Shown here piece after piece: positions 40,906-50,858 of a stretch of 64,000 nucleotides of DNA; the stretch's first letter is position 1, and each line of letters opens with the position of its first letter. This stretch comes from SAR86 cluster bacterium. GTDB taxonomy: Bacteria; Pseudomonadota; Gammaproteobacteria; Magnimaribacterales; D2472. The notes beneath the pieces were generated by a model. That model made no database searches. It was not told the origin of the DNA and was given only the letters and a program-made list of their open reading frames with translations. The stretch spans positions 726,315 through 790,314 of the forward strand of contig CP097971.1 of assembly GCA_023703615.1 (NCBI GenBank), read 5' to 3'. The position numbers and the translations under genes are program-made.

Positions 40906-40980
40906 TGGCGGTCCGACGGGGAATCGAACCCCGAACGCCGCCGTGACAGGGCGGAATTATAACCGTTTAACTACCGGACC
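40906..40980 (-). tRNA. tRNA-Asp (anticodon GTC)
   Basis: The reverse complement reads GGTCCGGTAGTTAAACGGTTATAATTCCGCCCTGTCACGGCGGCGTTCGGGGTTCGATTCCCCGTCGGACCGCCA. Anticodon loop CTGTCAC. Confidence 0.92.
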
Positions 40981-41035
40981 ACTTTTTATTTGATTTGCAT
41001 AATATCCATTTAAGTTAAAAGTGCAAGTCAAACAA

Positions 41036-41112
41036 TGGTGGGTGATGACAGGTTCGAACTGCCGACCCTCTCGGTGTAAACGAGATGCTCTACCAAACTG
41101 AGCTAATCACCC
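41036..41112 (-). tRNA. tRNA-Val (anticodon TAC)
   Basis: The reverse complement reads GGGTGATTAGCTCAGTTTGGTAGAGCATCTCGTTTACACCGAGAGGGTCGGCAGTTCGAACCTGTCATCACCCACCA. Anticodon loop TTTACAC. Confidence 0.93.
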
Positions 41113-41213
41113 ATCAACCAAAAATCTTTTATATATTGGCTTTGCCATTATAAAGAGGCGAAAAAATAAATCCATATTTTTTAAATATGTTGATCACAAG
41201 TGTTTGTAATTAT

Positions 41214-42095
41214 TCAGTTTTTTGAGATGTTAAGTCTTGCTAAATAAATTCCTATGAGTGTTACAAATATAAAAAATATCTGAACCATGTTCAAAAATTC
41301 TGTAAAAATTATGGCAGCAAGCGCGGTTGCAGTTATTGGTTGCATAAGCAATCCTATTGATCCAGAAGATGCAGATATTTTGGCAATTCCATGTGTAATC
41401 ATAAATTGTCCACCAAATTGACATAAAAAAGCCAAAGCAAATAAATTTAAAAATTCATTCAATGATGATGGTATAAAATTGCTTGATTCAAATATTGAAG
41501 TTGGTATTGAAAATAAGCAACAGAATAAAGTTGTATAAAAAATTATATTTATTGATTGCTCTCTTCCCAGTCTTGAAATCAAAAATAAATACGTTGCATA
41601 AAAAAGAGCAGCTATTAAAGATAGAATGTCTCCAAATATTTTTCCGCTAGTATAGTTATTAGAAAAATATATCAAACCAAAGATACCAAGATATGTTATT
41701 AAAAATGAAACAAAAAATTCCTTGTTTGGAATTTCTTTAAGTATAAAAAAAGATAATATTGCAACAAAGATAGGTGCTGAATTTACAATTATAGTAGCGT
41801 TTGAAATGCTTGTAATAGTAATGCTCCAGTGCCATAAAATTAAATCTGTTGAAAATGCTAAAGAAGCAAAGAGTGACAATATTATTACTTTTTTATTTGT
41901 TACTGAAAAATAAAATTTTCCATTAATTAAGTAGTTATAAATAAACAATATTGGTAACGCCAAAAACATTCTATAAAAAGCTATCAATGATGGTGACATT
42001 TCACTTAATTTAACAAAAATAGGTGCTAGACCAATTAGAGAAGCTCCGCCAGAGAGAATTAAGAAATTTTTTGATGAATGTAAATTCTTTGACAT
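41214..42095 (-). CDS. EamA/DMT-superfamily transporter
   Basis: 293 aa with about 10 predicted TM helices in two similar halves, typical of EamA-domain permeases. Confidence 0.78.
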   Translation of the reverse strand: MSKNLHSSKNFLILSGGASLIGLAPIFVKLSEMSPSLIAFYRMFLALPILFIYNYLINGKFYFSVTNKKVIILSLFASLAFSTDLILWHWSITITSISNATIIVNSAPIFVAILSFFILKEIPNKEFFVSFLITYLGIFGLIYFSNNYTSGKIFGDILSLIAALFYATYLFLISRLGREQSINIIFYTTLFCCLFSIPTSIFESSNFIPSSLNEFLNLFALAFLCQFGGQFMITHGIAKISASSGSIGLLMQPITATALAAIIFTEFLNMVQIFFIFVTLIGIYLARLNISKN

Positions 42096-42115
42096 AAAAA
42101 GTTATACTTTTGATT

Positions 42116-43483
42116 ATGAATGAAACAATTGTAGATCAGAATAAAGAAATTATCTCTGTTAATGAGCTTAACAAATCTGCAAAAAATATTTTAGAAAGAT
42201 CTTTCAACAATATTAATGTAATTGGAGAAATTTCAAATATTTCCAGACCAAGTTCTGGACATATCTACTTCACTTTAAAAGATGATGACGCAGCAATAAG
42301 ATGTGCAATGTTTCGCAATCAAAATCTTAAACTTAATTTCAGACCAAAAAATGGAGATAAGTGCATACTAAATGGTCAAATTAGTTTGTATGCTCCAAGA
42401 GGAGATTATCAATTAATCGTCAAGTCTATTGAACCTGCAGGTTATGGAAATTTAATGCAACAATTTGAAAATCTCAAAGAAAAACTCAATAAAGAAGGTT
42501 TATTTAACATAAAAAGTGAAGATGATTTAAAAAAATTTCCAAAACATATATGCATAATAACTTCACTTTCAACTGCAGCACTTCAAGATATTCTTAGCAC
42601 CCTTAATAGAAGAGCACCATCAGCAAATGTTTCTATAAGCCCTGCAATAGTTCAGGGAGATTCTGGTGCCAAATCATTGCTTGATTCTTTAGAAAGAATA
42701 ATAACTTTCAATGACGTGAATGAATATAATAAAGTTGATACAGTCATAATTTCAAGAGGTGGAGGTTCAATAGAAGATTTATGGTGTTTTAATGATGAAA
42801 ATTTAGCCAGAGAAATTGCCAACTATCCCATTCCAATTATTTCAGGTGTTGGCCATGAAATAGATTTTACAATATGCGATTTTGCATCCAGCCTTAGAGC
42901 TCCTACTCCAACTGCAGCTGCAGAAATTGCAAGCGAGACATTATTTAATATAAATACAAAATTAAATGAATTACTCAATGATTTAAAATCAAAATTTGAG
43001 ATTGGTTTTGAAAAAAAATTAAATAAAATTAATACATTAAAAATTAAGATTAAAAATCCAGTCACATACATAAGAGAACTCTCTCAAAAAATTGATACCT
43101 TTGAGTTAAGATTTAATCAATCATTACGATCATTGATTTCAAATAAAAAAGAGCTATTAAACAATTTAGAAAATTCAGTATTTTTAAAAAGCCCAATACT
43201 TAAAACAGAAAGGATTAAAAATAGTCTTACTAAAATAAATGAAGATTTAGTAAAAATTTATGTAAATTTAATGCGCAATAAAAAATTAGAGATTGATAAA
43301 TACTCAAAGTCACTTGAAATATTAAATCCTTTTTCAATACTTGAAAGAGGATATTCCATAATTACTAATAAAAATGGCAAAGCAATTAGATCTTCGGTTG
43401 AGCTGAGTGAAAATGAAATATTAAATGCAAGATTTGGCCAAGGCAAGGCTAAGCTTTCTGTTAAATCAAAAAATGAAGATTAA
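42116..43483 (+). CDS. xseA: Exodeoxyribonuclease VII large subunit
   Basis: OB-fold N-terminus (VIGEISNISRPSSGHIYFTLKD), catalytic core (IISRGGGSIEDLWCFNDE, ISGVGHEIDFT), and a long coiled-coil C-terminus. Confidence 0.92.
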   Translation: MNETIVDQNKEIISVNELNKSAKNILERSFNNINVIGEISNISRPSSGHIYFTLKDDDAAIRCAMFRNQNLKLNFRPKNGDKCILNGQISLYAPRGDYQLIVKSIEPAGYGNLMQQFENLKEKLNKEGLFNIKSEDDLKKFPKHICIITSLSTAALQDILSTLNRRAPSANVSISPAIVQGDSGAKSLLDSLERIITFNDVNEYNKVDTVIISRGGGSIEDLWCFNDENLAREIANYPIPIISGVGHEIDFTICDFASSLRAPTPTAAAEIASETLFNINTKLNELLNDLKSKFEIGFEKKLNKINTLKIKIKNPVTYIRELSQKIDTFELRFNQSLRSLISNKKELLNNLENSVFLKSPILKTERIKNSLTKINEDLVKIYVNLMRNKKLEIDKYSKSLEILNPFSILERGYSIITNKNGKAIRSSVELSENEILNARFGQGKAKLSVKSKNED

Positions 43484-44267
43484 AATATTTTGTTTTTTTA
43501 TATTGCTGTCTTCAAGTCAAGTTTTTGGAAATAACCAAAATATTGAGCCTGGAAATTTGATTTCTATGTTAATTGATGAAAATCATATTGAGAACAATAA
43601 ATACTCTTACATTTATCATAAAAATCAAAAATACTTAATTGCAGCAGCGTCATTTTCAATGCAGGGCAAAGTTTTAAATATTAATAATAAAAAATTTACT
43701 GTAGGATCAAAAAATTTTGGTGAATCAAGAATTGTTATTAAGGATCAATCAAAAGTGGAACTAAGCCAAGAGGATTCAAATAGAGCATATCTAGAATCTC
43801 AAGAAATTAAAAAAGCTCTTAAAATTTACTCAAAAGAAAATTATCCAAATTTAAATTTTATAGTTCCTGTTGAAGGAATAATATCAAGCAGATATGGCAA
43901 GAAAAGATTTATAAATAATAAGCCAAGATCGCCTCACCTTGCTCTAGATATTGCTGCTCCAAATGGAACAAAAGTTGTCAGCCCTTCAAATGGAAAAATT
44001 ATTTTGATTGGTGATTTTTTTTATTCTGGTAAGTTTATAATGATAGATCATGGGTATGGGATTATTTCTACATATAGTCATCTCGATAACATTAATGTCT
44101 CTATTAACGAAGTTGTTTTGTCTGGTTATCAAATTGGTTCGGTTGGCAGCACTGGAAGAGTGACGGGTCCTCATTTACATTGGTCAGTTTACGTGAATTC
44201 AGTAAGAATTAATCCTGAGCTATTGATACAAGAAAATTTTTTATTTAACTTATTGGACAGCTCTTAA
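43473..44267 (+). CDS. M23 (LytM-type) metallopeptidase with a signal peptide
   Basis: HLALDIAAPNGTKV and STGRVTGPHLHWSV motifs. ATG at 43473 gives the signal peptide MKIKIFCFFILLSSSQVFG and overlaps the xseA end by 11 nt. Confidence 0.85.
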   Translation: MKIKIFCFFILLSSSQVFGNNQNIEPGNLISMLIDENHIENNKYSYIYHKNQKYLIAAASFSMQGKVLNINNKKFTVGSKNFGESRIVIKDQSKVELSQEDSNRAYLESQEIKKALKIYSKENYPNLNFIVPVEGIISSRYGKKRFINNKPRSPHLALDIAAPNGTKVVSPSNGKIILIGDFFYSGKFIMIDHGYGIISTYSHLDNINVSINEVVLSGYQIGSVGSTGRVTGPHLHWSVYVNSVRINPELLIQENFLFNLLDSS

Positions 44268-44702
44268 CTGGTTTGTAAGTGTTTCTTCTGTTTGAGGCTT
44301 AAACAAAGATAGGACAAGCTCCCCATCTGTATTTATAAAATATGTTGCTGGAATTGTTTGAGGTGTTTTTATTCCCCAAATATCTCTTGGATGAGAAATA
44401 ATTGACGGAATATCTACACTAAATTTTTTTAATTGAGGCTTTAATTCAGAAATTTCTAATTCATCATAATTAAATGCATAAACATTTATATCTGGATTTG
44501 CATTAGCAAAGTTAACAAGCTCAGGCATTTCTTTCAAACAAGGTGGGCACCAATCTGCCCAATAATTAATTACAACCCATTTTCCTTTTAAATTTTCCAA
44601 GGAAGTGTCTGGTCCGTTATATACATCAATATCAAATTTTTGACATCCTGTTAATACAATTACAGATATCAGAGTTATAATTTTGTTTCTCATGATGAGC
44701 AT
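44250..44702 (-). CDS. TlpA/ResA-like periplasmic thiol:disulfide oxidoreductase lipoprotein
   Basis: Lipobox VLTGC and thioredoxin active site WADWCPPC. Confidence 0.82.
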   Translation of the reverse strand: MLIMRNKIITLISVIVLTGCQKFDIDVYNGPDTSLENLKGKWVVINYWADWCPPCLKEMPELVNFANANPDINVYAFNYDELEISELKPQLKKFSVDIPSIISHPRDIWGIKTPQTIPATYFINTDGELVLSLFKPQTEETLTNQLRAVQ

Positions 44703-44720
44703 GATAAGTCAATTTTACAA

Positions 44721-45317
44721 ATGAACAAAAATTATTTATTAATTCTATTTTATTCAGCTAGTGGTTCTACGAAAAATATTGCACATGCTATTGCTGACGG
44801 AGCTGAAGAAGAGCAAGTTCATGTCAAAATAAGAACAGTTCCAAAAGTATCAGCATCAAATGAAAAAATAGAAAAAATGCTACCAGAAAAAGGTGAAATT
44901 TTTTGTACAAAGGAAGAATTAATAAATTGTTCTGGTCTTGCTATTGGTTCTCCAACCAGATTTGGGGCCATGGCAGCTTCTTTAAAATATTTTTTAGATT
45001 CAACTGGTGACATTTGGGCATCAAATTCACTTCAAGACAAACCGGGTATTGCATTTACTTCAACAGGATCTATGCATGGTGGACAAGAGACAACAATTTT
45101 TAACTTAATAACCTATATGATGCATCAAGGAATGTATATATTAGGAACTCCATATTCAGTTGAACAGTTACATAGTACTCTTGGGGGCGGAACGCCTTAT
45201 GGACCCTCTCATGTTGAGATAATTAATAATGCAAACAACCTAACTCCAGAAGAATATACTATTGCAAATTATTCTGGAAAAAGAATTGCCAAATTAATAA
45301 AAAAAATCAATGCTTAG
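44721..45317 (+). CDS. wrbA: NAD(P)H:quinone oxidoreductase, WrbA-type flavodoxin-like protein
   Basis: 198 aa. Flavodoxin-like start LILFYSASGSTKNIA, plus GSPTRFGAMAASLKYFLD and GGQETT. Confidence 0.82.
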   Translation: MNKNYLLILFYSASGSTKNIAHAIADGAEEEQVHVKIRTVPKVSASNEKIEKMLPEKGEIFCTKEELINCSGLAIGSPTRFGAMAASLKYFLDSTGDIWASNSLQDKPGIAFTSTGSMHGGQETTIFNLITYMMHQGMYILGTPYSVEQLHSTLGGGTPYGPSHVEIINNANNLTPEEYTIANYSGKRIAKLIKKINA

Positions 45318-45684
45318 TGTTAAAAAACTTATATTCGTAACCAATTCATTTATCTTGCTTTTATTTTTAAATAAGATAATTCTGTATTTTCAAGGGAGAA
45401 CAAATGAGGTGCTGTTTTTTTTGTGGTTCTTGCCTTTTTTTGTATTTTATTTTTTGTCAAAAAATCTTAATATAAAATCCTATCAAAGCTTTTGCTTTGT
45501 ATTATTGATTTATTTTTTGTTTATCTCTCTTAAGGTTTTTGGCATGAAACCTTATATATTTGATATATTTGAACTTATACTTATTGTTTCATTTTTTATA
45601 CACTGTTCTTTTGCACCAAGAATAATAAGAAAATCTTTGCTGTCAAATACACTTGACAAAAATAGTAACCATACTATTATTTAA
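45310..45684 (+). CDS. Small multi-pass membrane protein (DUF2069-like neighbour of wrbA, uncertain)
   Basis: 124 aa with four hydrophobic segments. The start overlaps the wrbA stop. Confidence 0.4.
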   Translation: MLSVKKLIFVTNSFILLLFLNKIILYFQGRTNEVLFFLWFLPFFVFYFLSKNLNIKSYQSFCFVLLIYFLFISLKVFGMKPYIFDIFELILIVSFFIHCSFAPRIIRKSLLSNTLDKNSNHTII

Positions 45685-45703
45685 AACTTAACTGGAGTCA
45701 TTT

Positions 45704-47536
45704 ATGATCGAAAAAAAATCTTTTCTTACTACCGTTGATGTTTTTTTAACTAAATCAAGAAAGGTTTTGGTTAATATTGTGACTGCCTTTTTTTTATTAT
45801 TAATTACAATATTTATAATATCTTTTTTTTATTCTATCTTTGCCAAAGAGGAAAAGATAAATACTATAGACAAAATATTATATTTTGAGCCTTCAGGAGT
45901 TGTTGTGGATACAGCAATAAGTGGGACAGACCCAATAATGCTACTAACCAATAATATTGATGTTGATCAGCATGAAGAATCAAAGTTACTTGAAATTTTA
46001 AATTCTGCGGCATCGGATGAAAATCTTAAGGCTGTATATATTGATGTATCTGGCCTAAGCATGTATTGGTCCTCAGCGTTTGCAATAGCCAAAGCGGTTA
46101 AACAAATTAAAGATAGTGGGAAACCTGTAATTTCATATGCAGAAAATTATGGAAATATTTCATATTTTATTAGTTCACAAGCAAATAAAGTTTTTGTTAA
46201 TACGAATCTTGGAGTAGTTGAGCTGTCCGGATTTTCAAGAAAAAGAGAATATTACAAGGATCTCTATGAAAATATAAAACTTAACTATCATGTTTTTATT
46301 GCAGGCGATTTTAAGACTGGTCCTGAGCCATATACACGTAACTCAATGTCTGAAAATGACAAAATTTCATGGAGTGCTTTTATTGATCCAATATGGAAAG
46401 AAATGACTCAGATGATAGAAACCTCAAGAGATCTTGAGGAAGGACATATACAAAAATATGGTGATAATTTTTATGAGTTAATGGTTAATACTCCTGATAT
46501 GCCCGAATTGGCACTTGAAAATAATTTAGTAGATGGAATTATGACTTGGCAAGAAATTAAAAAATATATGATTTCAAATTATGGTGATGAAGATAGCAGT
46601 GATGAATGGCCTGAAGGTATCTCAAGTTATGAATACTATAATTTTATTCAAGATAATAAAGAAAAAAATAAATCAAAAAATACTATTGCTGTAATAAATG
46701 TTGAAGGAACAATTACTGGAACTGAGTCGGCTCTTGGAATTGCTGGATCTAAAACTATTGCATCTAATATTAATAAAGCAAAAGATGATAAAAATGTTAA
46801 AGCAATTGTTTTAAGAGTTAATAGTCCCGGGGGCATAGTTTGGCCAAGCGAAATAATAACTAACGCTCTAGATGATTTTAAAGAAACTGGAAGGCCTATT
46901 ATTGCATCGATGGGTGGTATTGCTGCATCTGGTGGTGTCTGGGTAACAACAGTTGCTGATGAAATATGGGCCCAAGAAACAACCTTAACTGGGAGTATTG
47001 GTGTATATGGATTGGTTCCAACTATTGAAAATTTATACGAGTTCGTAGGAATTCAAGTCGATGGGATTAGTCAAACTAAATCAGGTGAATGGGACCCAAG
47101 AATGCCAATGCCAGAGTATGTTACAAAAGCAATCCAATCCAGAGTTGATAACACTTATAAGAAATTTGTTACAAAAGTAGCTGAAAATAGAGATATGGAT
47201 TTTAAGGATATATTAGCAATTGCAGCAGGCAGGATATGGTCTGGTGTTACTGCTCAAGAAAAGGGACTTGTTGATAAAATAGGAAACTTAGATGATGCCA
47301 TAACATCCGCAGCAGAAATAGCAAAATTAGAGGACTATAAATCTGTTGTTTATAAAAAATCATTAGATCCCTTTGATGTTTTTATTGCAGAACTTATAAC
47401 CAACATAGGAATAAATTTTTCTATTGATTCAAGGTTTTTAAACTTTAAAAATATAATTTTAAAATATGAAAACCTTACAGAGCCTAATAAAAATCTTAAT
47501 TTAATCTATTATTGTTTTTTATGCGAAATTAAATAA
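45704..47536 (+). CDS. sppA: Signal peptide peptidase SppA, 67K type
   Basis: 610 aa with an N-terminal TM and two tandem ClpP/crotonase-like halves. The second carries SPGG and the Ser/Lys region (MGGIAASGGVWV). Confidence 0.9.
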   Translation: MIEKKSFLTTVDVFLTKSRKVLVNIVTAFFLLLITIFIISFFYSIFAKEEKINTIDKILYFEPSGVVVDTAISGTDPIMLLTNNIDVDQHEESKLLEILNSAASDENLKAVYIDVSGLSMYWSSAFAIAKAVKQIKDSGKPVISYAENYGNISYFISSQANKVFVNTNLGVVELSGFSRKREYYKDLYENIKLNYHVFIAGDFKTGPEPYTRNSMSENDKISWSAFIDPIWKEMTQMIETSRDLEEGHIQKYGDNFYELMVNTPDMPELALENNLVDGIMTWQEIKKYMISNYGDEDSSDEWPEGISSYEYYNFIQDNKEKNKSKNTIAVINVEGTITGTESALGIAGSKTIASNINKAKDDKNVKAIVLRVNSPGGIVWPSEIITNALDDFKETGRPIIASMGGIAASGGVWVTTVADEIWAQETTLTGSIGVYGLVPTIENLYEFVGIQVDGISQTKSGEWDPRMPMPEYVTKAIQSRVDNTYKKFVTKVAENRDMDFKDILAIAAGRIWSGVTAQEKGLVDKIGNLDDAITSAAEIAKLEDYKSVVYKKSLDPFDVFIAELITNIGINFSIDSRFLNFKNIILKYENLTEPNKNLNLIYYCFLCEIK

Positions 47537-48215
47537 ATTCTTTTATTAAAGGAATTGTTATCTTCCTCTTTAATTCCATGGATGTGTTATCTAATTTATC
47601 TAAAATCTTGGTCAGATAAGATATGCTTCTTGTGGAATATTTTAATAAATATCTAGTTTCAGCTTCTCCTAAATTTATTGATCTAGATTTTGCAATATGC
47701 TGCAAAGCTGCTGAAATGTTATTTTCTTGAACTTCAAAAAGCTCATAGGACTGCATTTTTTTTATTCGTGAATCTAGATCAGGCATGCTGAAATTTAAAC
47801 TTCCATTATCTTTTGATACTGTAAAAAATAATTTTGAATTAGATAAAACTGTATTGTTGATTAAATTAAAAATTGCAATTTGCCATTCAAGATTTTTTTC
47901 AATTAATTCAAGATTATCAATACAAATTAAATCAATATTTTCAATGGAATCAAGAATATTTACGCCATACTTAATAGCTTCATTCAATGGGATATATATA
48001 GATGACTTATCAAGCTGCTGAAAAAAGTTACAAAGAGACTGTTGTAAATATGTCTTACCTGAATTACTAACACCATAGATAAAAAAGTCATCATTTATAG
48101 TTACATCTTTTAAATCCATAACTAAATTAATATTTTTTGGATCTATATAAAAATTATTAAAAGTTACTTTAGTATTCTTGTTCCAAGGAAATGTTAATTG
48201 CTTTGGTTTATTCAT
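47529..48215 (-). CDS. hda: DnaA regulatory inactivator Hda
   Basis: N-terminal clamp-binding QLTFPW, a degenerate Walker A GVSNSGKTYL, and the C-terminus KITIPLIKEFI as in E. coli Hda (KLTIPFVKEIL). Confidence 0.85.
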   Translation of the reverse strand: MNKPKQLTFPWNKNTKVTFNNFYIDPKNINLVMDLKDVTINDDFFIYGVSNSGKTYLQQSLCNFFQQLDKSSIYIPLNEAIKYGVNILDSIENIDLICIDNLELIEKNLEWQIAIFNLINNTVLSNSKLFFTVSKDNGSLNFSMPDLDSRIKKMQSYELFEVQENNISAALQHIAKSRSINLGEAETRYLLKYSTRSISYLTKILDKLDNTSMELKRKITIPLIKEFI

Positions 48216-48786
48216 TATTATAAGTTTTCAAGCTTTTAAACCAGCTATTTGCATAAACCATCAAACTTAAGATGGTTACTGAGATAATTAAAATATCTAA
48301 AAGAATTAATGAAATCTCTATACTGTACGATTGAAAAATAAGAATAAGTAAAATATAAACTATTTGAAATGCTGTTGTTATTTTACCCAAAATATTTGGG
48401 AGTGGTACCTCAGATTCTATTACCGACATATGAATTGATGCTCCTACAAGTATTAAGACGTCTCTACTAAAAAAAATAACAAAAATATAAAAAGGTATAT
48501 AAGCATTTAACCATAATATAAAAATAGTCCCTGAAAGCAGTAACTTATCTGCAACGGGATCAAGAATTTTTCCAAGATTGGTTTTCCAATTCATTTTTCT
48601 TGCTAAAAAACCATCAACTGCATCTGTTATGGCAGCAATGATAAAAAACATAATACCTAATTGAAAATTGCCTAGAGAGATATTATTCAAAATTGGATAA
48701 ACGAGCCCAATTCTAACGATTGAAAGCAAGTTTGGTATAAAAATAAAATATCTACTAATTGACATATGATAAAGATATTTGTTCAT
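48208..48786 (-). CDS. CDP-alcohol phosphatidyltransferase family protein (PgsA-like)
   Basis: Signature DAVDGFLARK....GKILDPVADK in a multi-TM protein. Confidence 0.8.
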   Translation of the reverse strand: MNKYLYHMSISRYFIFIPNLLSIVRIGLVYPILNNISLGNFQLGIMFFIIAAITDAVDGFLARKMNWKTNLGKILDPVADKLLLSGTIFILWLNAYIPFYIFVIFFSRDVLILVGASIHMSVIESEVPLPNILGKITTAFQIVYILLILIFQSYSIEISLILLDILIISVTILSLMVYANSWFKSLKTYNNE

Positions 48787-49792
48787 TTTCTATATTTATA
48801 AAGGAAAATATTGGTATATTTTGAACTTCTTTTTTAAAAGTTTCGATTTTGCCATAAATATCTGCTTTGTAAGTTATTTTTTCATTTGCAAAACTCATGA
48901 TTTCAATATTATTGATACTCAATAATCTTTCAATAACTTTTCTTGATGCTAAATAATCTTGGTAGTCTTTAATTCCTTCAATTACAATATCAATGTTTGA
49001 TTCATTGCTAAAATCTAGCGTTGATGACAATAAAATTTTTTCAATTTTTGATGTTAAATAATTTTCTATCTCTATTATCATCTGCTTATCAGAATCTATG
49101 CCAGATATTTTTTTATTAATGTCTCCAGTAATATTCCATGATAGATATCCAATATTCGCAATATTAATATCAACTAAAAAATCATAACTATATTTATCTA
49201 AAATATTTTTTTTGGGGTCTTCTAAGAGATTAAATTCTGCATTATTTTTAATATCTCTTAAATCAAAAATAGGCAACTCCAAAAAAACACCTTTTGATTT
49301 GGAAAGATTGTTTAATATTGGAATTAAGCTTTTCTCAAAATTTGATTTTTGATAATTTGTAGATAAAAAATAAGGCGATTTATTTTCTGGCTGGAAATTA
49401 ATAAGAATCATTATTACTGGTCTGTCAAAACCGACTATTGGAACAGATAGGTTTCTAAGCTTAGAAATTGTTTTTTTTTCATCAAAGCTAACAACAAGAA
49501 AGCTTTGATTATTTATATTTTTAATAGAATAAGACTTAATAAGATCTTTTCTGCTTGTTCCTGAGTTTATTATTTTCCATATATACGAAGGATCATTTTT
49601 TCCAATTAGTCTGTAAATCATTCTGTTGAAAGATTTATTTATTGTTTTTTCTATTTCAGACGAGTTAGATATTGGCTCATTTATTATAAAAAGTTCATTA
49701 AATTCCTTCCCAAAGGATGTATTTGAAAAGATAATGATTACTATAAGGAAAAATTTCTTAAGCTTAAAATATAAATGTTTCACAACTACCAT
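48755..49792 (-). CDS. Secreted protein of the DUF2066-like family that commonly sits between hda and purM in gammaproteobacteria (uncertain)
   Basis: About 345 aa with a signal peptide (...IIIFSNTSFG). The assignment rests mainly on conserved position. I prefer the ATG at 49792 to the TTG at 49804, which would overlap the purM start. Confidence 0.5.
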   Translation of the reverse strand: MVVVKHLYFKLKKFFLIVIIIFSNTSFGKEFNELFIINEPISNSSEIEKTINKSFNRMIYRLIGKNDPSYIWKIINSGTSRKDLIKSYSIKNINNQSFLVVSFDEKKTISKLRNLSVPIVGFDRPVIMILINFQPENKSPYFLSTNYQKSNFEKSLIPILNNLSKSKGVFLELPIFDLRDIKNNAEFNLLEDPKKNILDKYSYDFLVDINIANIGYLSWNITGDINKKISGIDSDKQMIIEIENYLTSKIEKILLSSTLDFSNESNIDIVIEGIKDYQDYLASRKVIERLLSINNIEIMSFANEKITYKADIYGKIETFKKEVQNIPIFSFINIENEQISLSYVN

Positions 49793-49797
49793 TCTAA

Positions 49798-50829
49798 ATG
49801 ACAAAAGACATTAAACATAATGATCCATATAAAAATGCTGGCGTAGATATTAGTGCTGGGAATGATTTAATTGACAAGATAAAAAATGATGTAGTTGAAT
49901 CTCATAGCCCAAATGTTATTGGTAATTTTGGTGGATTTGCTGGCATGTTTTCATTGGGAAAAGATTATGAAGATCCCGTCTTGGTAGCATGCACTGATGG
50001 TGTCGGAACAAAAGTAAGTCTTGCGCAAGAGATTAATTCCTTGGATTTTATTGGGCAAGATTTGGTTGCTATGTGTGTAAATGACTTAATTGTTTGCGGT
50101 GCGAAACCGCTTTTTTTCTTAGATTATTTTGCATCTTCTAAATTAAATGTTGATGAGGCAGCAAAAATAATAAAAAGCATTGCAAGAGCATGCAACGAAT
50201 CTAAATGTTCACTCCTTGGCGGAGAAACAGCAGAAATGCCTGGACATTATCTCGATAATAATTTTGATTTAGCAGGATTTGCGGTAGGTTGTGTCGATAG
50301 AAAGAAAATAATAAACAATAATTCTATTAGCTCTGGTGACATCTTAGTTGGAATTGAATCTAGCGGTCCGCACTCTAATGGCTTTTCTTTAATAAGACAA
50401 ATATTAAAAGATTCTAATCTTGATGAAATAGAATATAAAAAAATAGCAAATTTAGCTATTAAGCCAACTCTTCTATATCCAAAATTGATAATCCATTTGA
50501 TTGATAAGTATGCTCTTAAAGGTATGGCACATATTACTGGAGGGGGATTAATAGAAAATATTCCTCGATCAATTCCAGATAATCTGTGTGCAGAAATATA
50601 TAATGATTCGTGGTATGTTCCTGAAATATTTTCTTTGTTAAAAAATTATGGCAATTTGCAAATGGAAGATATGTATAGAATATTTAATTGTGGCATTGGA
50701 ATGGTATTAATAGTTGATAAGACAATCTCAAAAAAAATGATCAATTCAGCTTCTAGTTTCGGCTTTAAAGCATATGAGATTGGGCATATTAAGGAAAAAT
50801 TTTCTAATAATCAAATTTCTATAATTTAA
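49798..50829 (+). CDS. purM: Phosphoribosylformylglycinamidine cyclo-ligase (AIR synthetase)
   Basis: 343 aa: YKNAGVDISAGN, CTDGVGTK, DLVAMCVNDL, GGETAEMPG and NCGIGMVLIV. Confidence 0.95.
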   Translation: MTKDIKHNDPYKNAGVDISAGNDLIDKIKNDVVESHSPNVIGNFGGFAGMFSLGKDYEDPVLVACTDGVGTKVSLAQEINSLDFIGQDLVAMCVNDLIVCGAKPLFFLDYFASSKLNVDEAAKIIKSIARACNESKCSLLGGETAEMPGHYLDNNFDLAGFAVGCVDRKKIINNNSISSGDILVGIESSGPHSNGFSLIRQILKDSNLDEIEYKKIANLAIKPTLLYPKLIIHLIDKYALKGMAHITGGGLIENIPRSIPDNLCAEIYNDSWYVPEIFSLLKNYGNLQMEDMYRIFNCGIGMVLIVDKTISKKMINSASSFGFKAYEIGHIKEKFSNNQISII

Positions 50830-50858
50830 TTATCAGTGATAATCCGGAAGCTCTTGGA

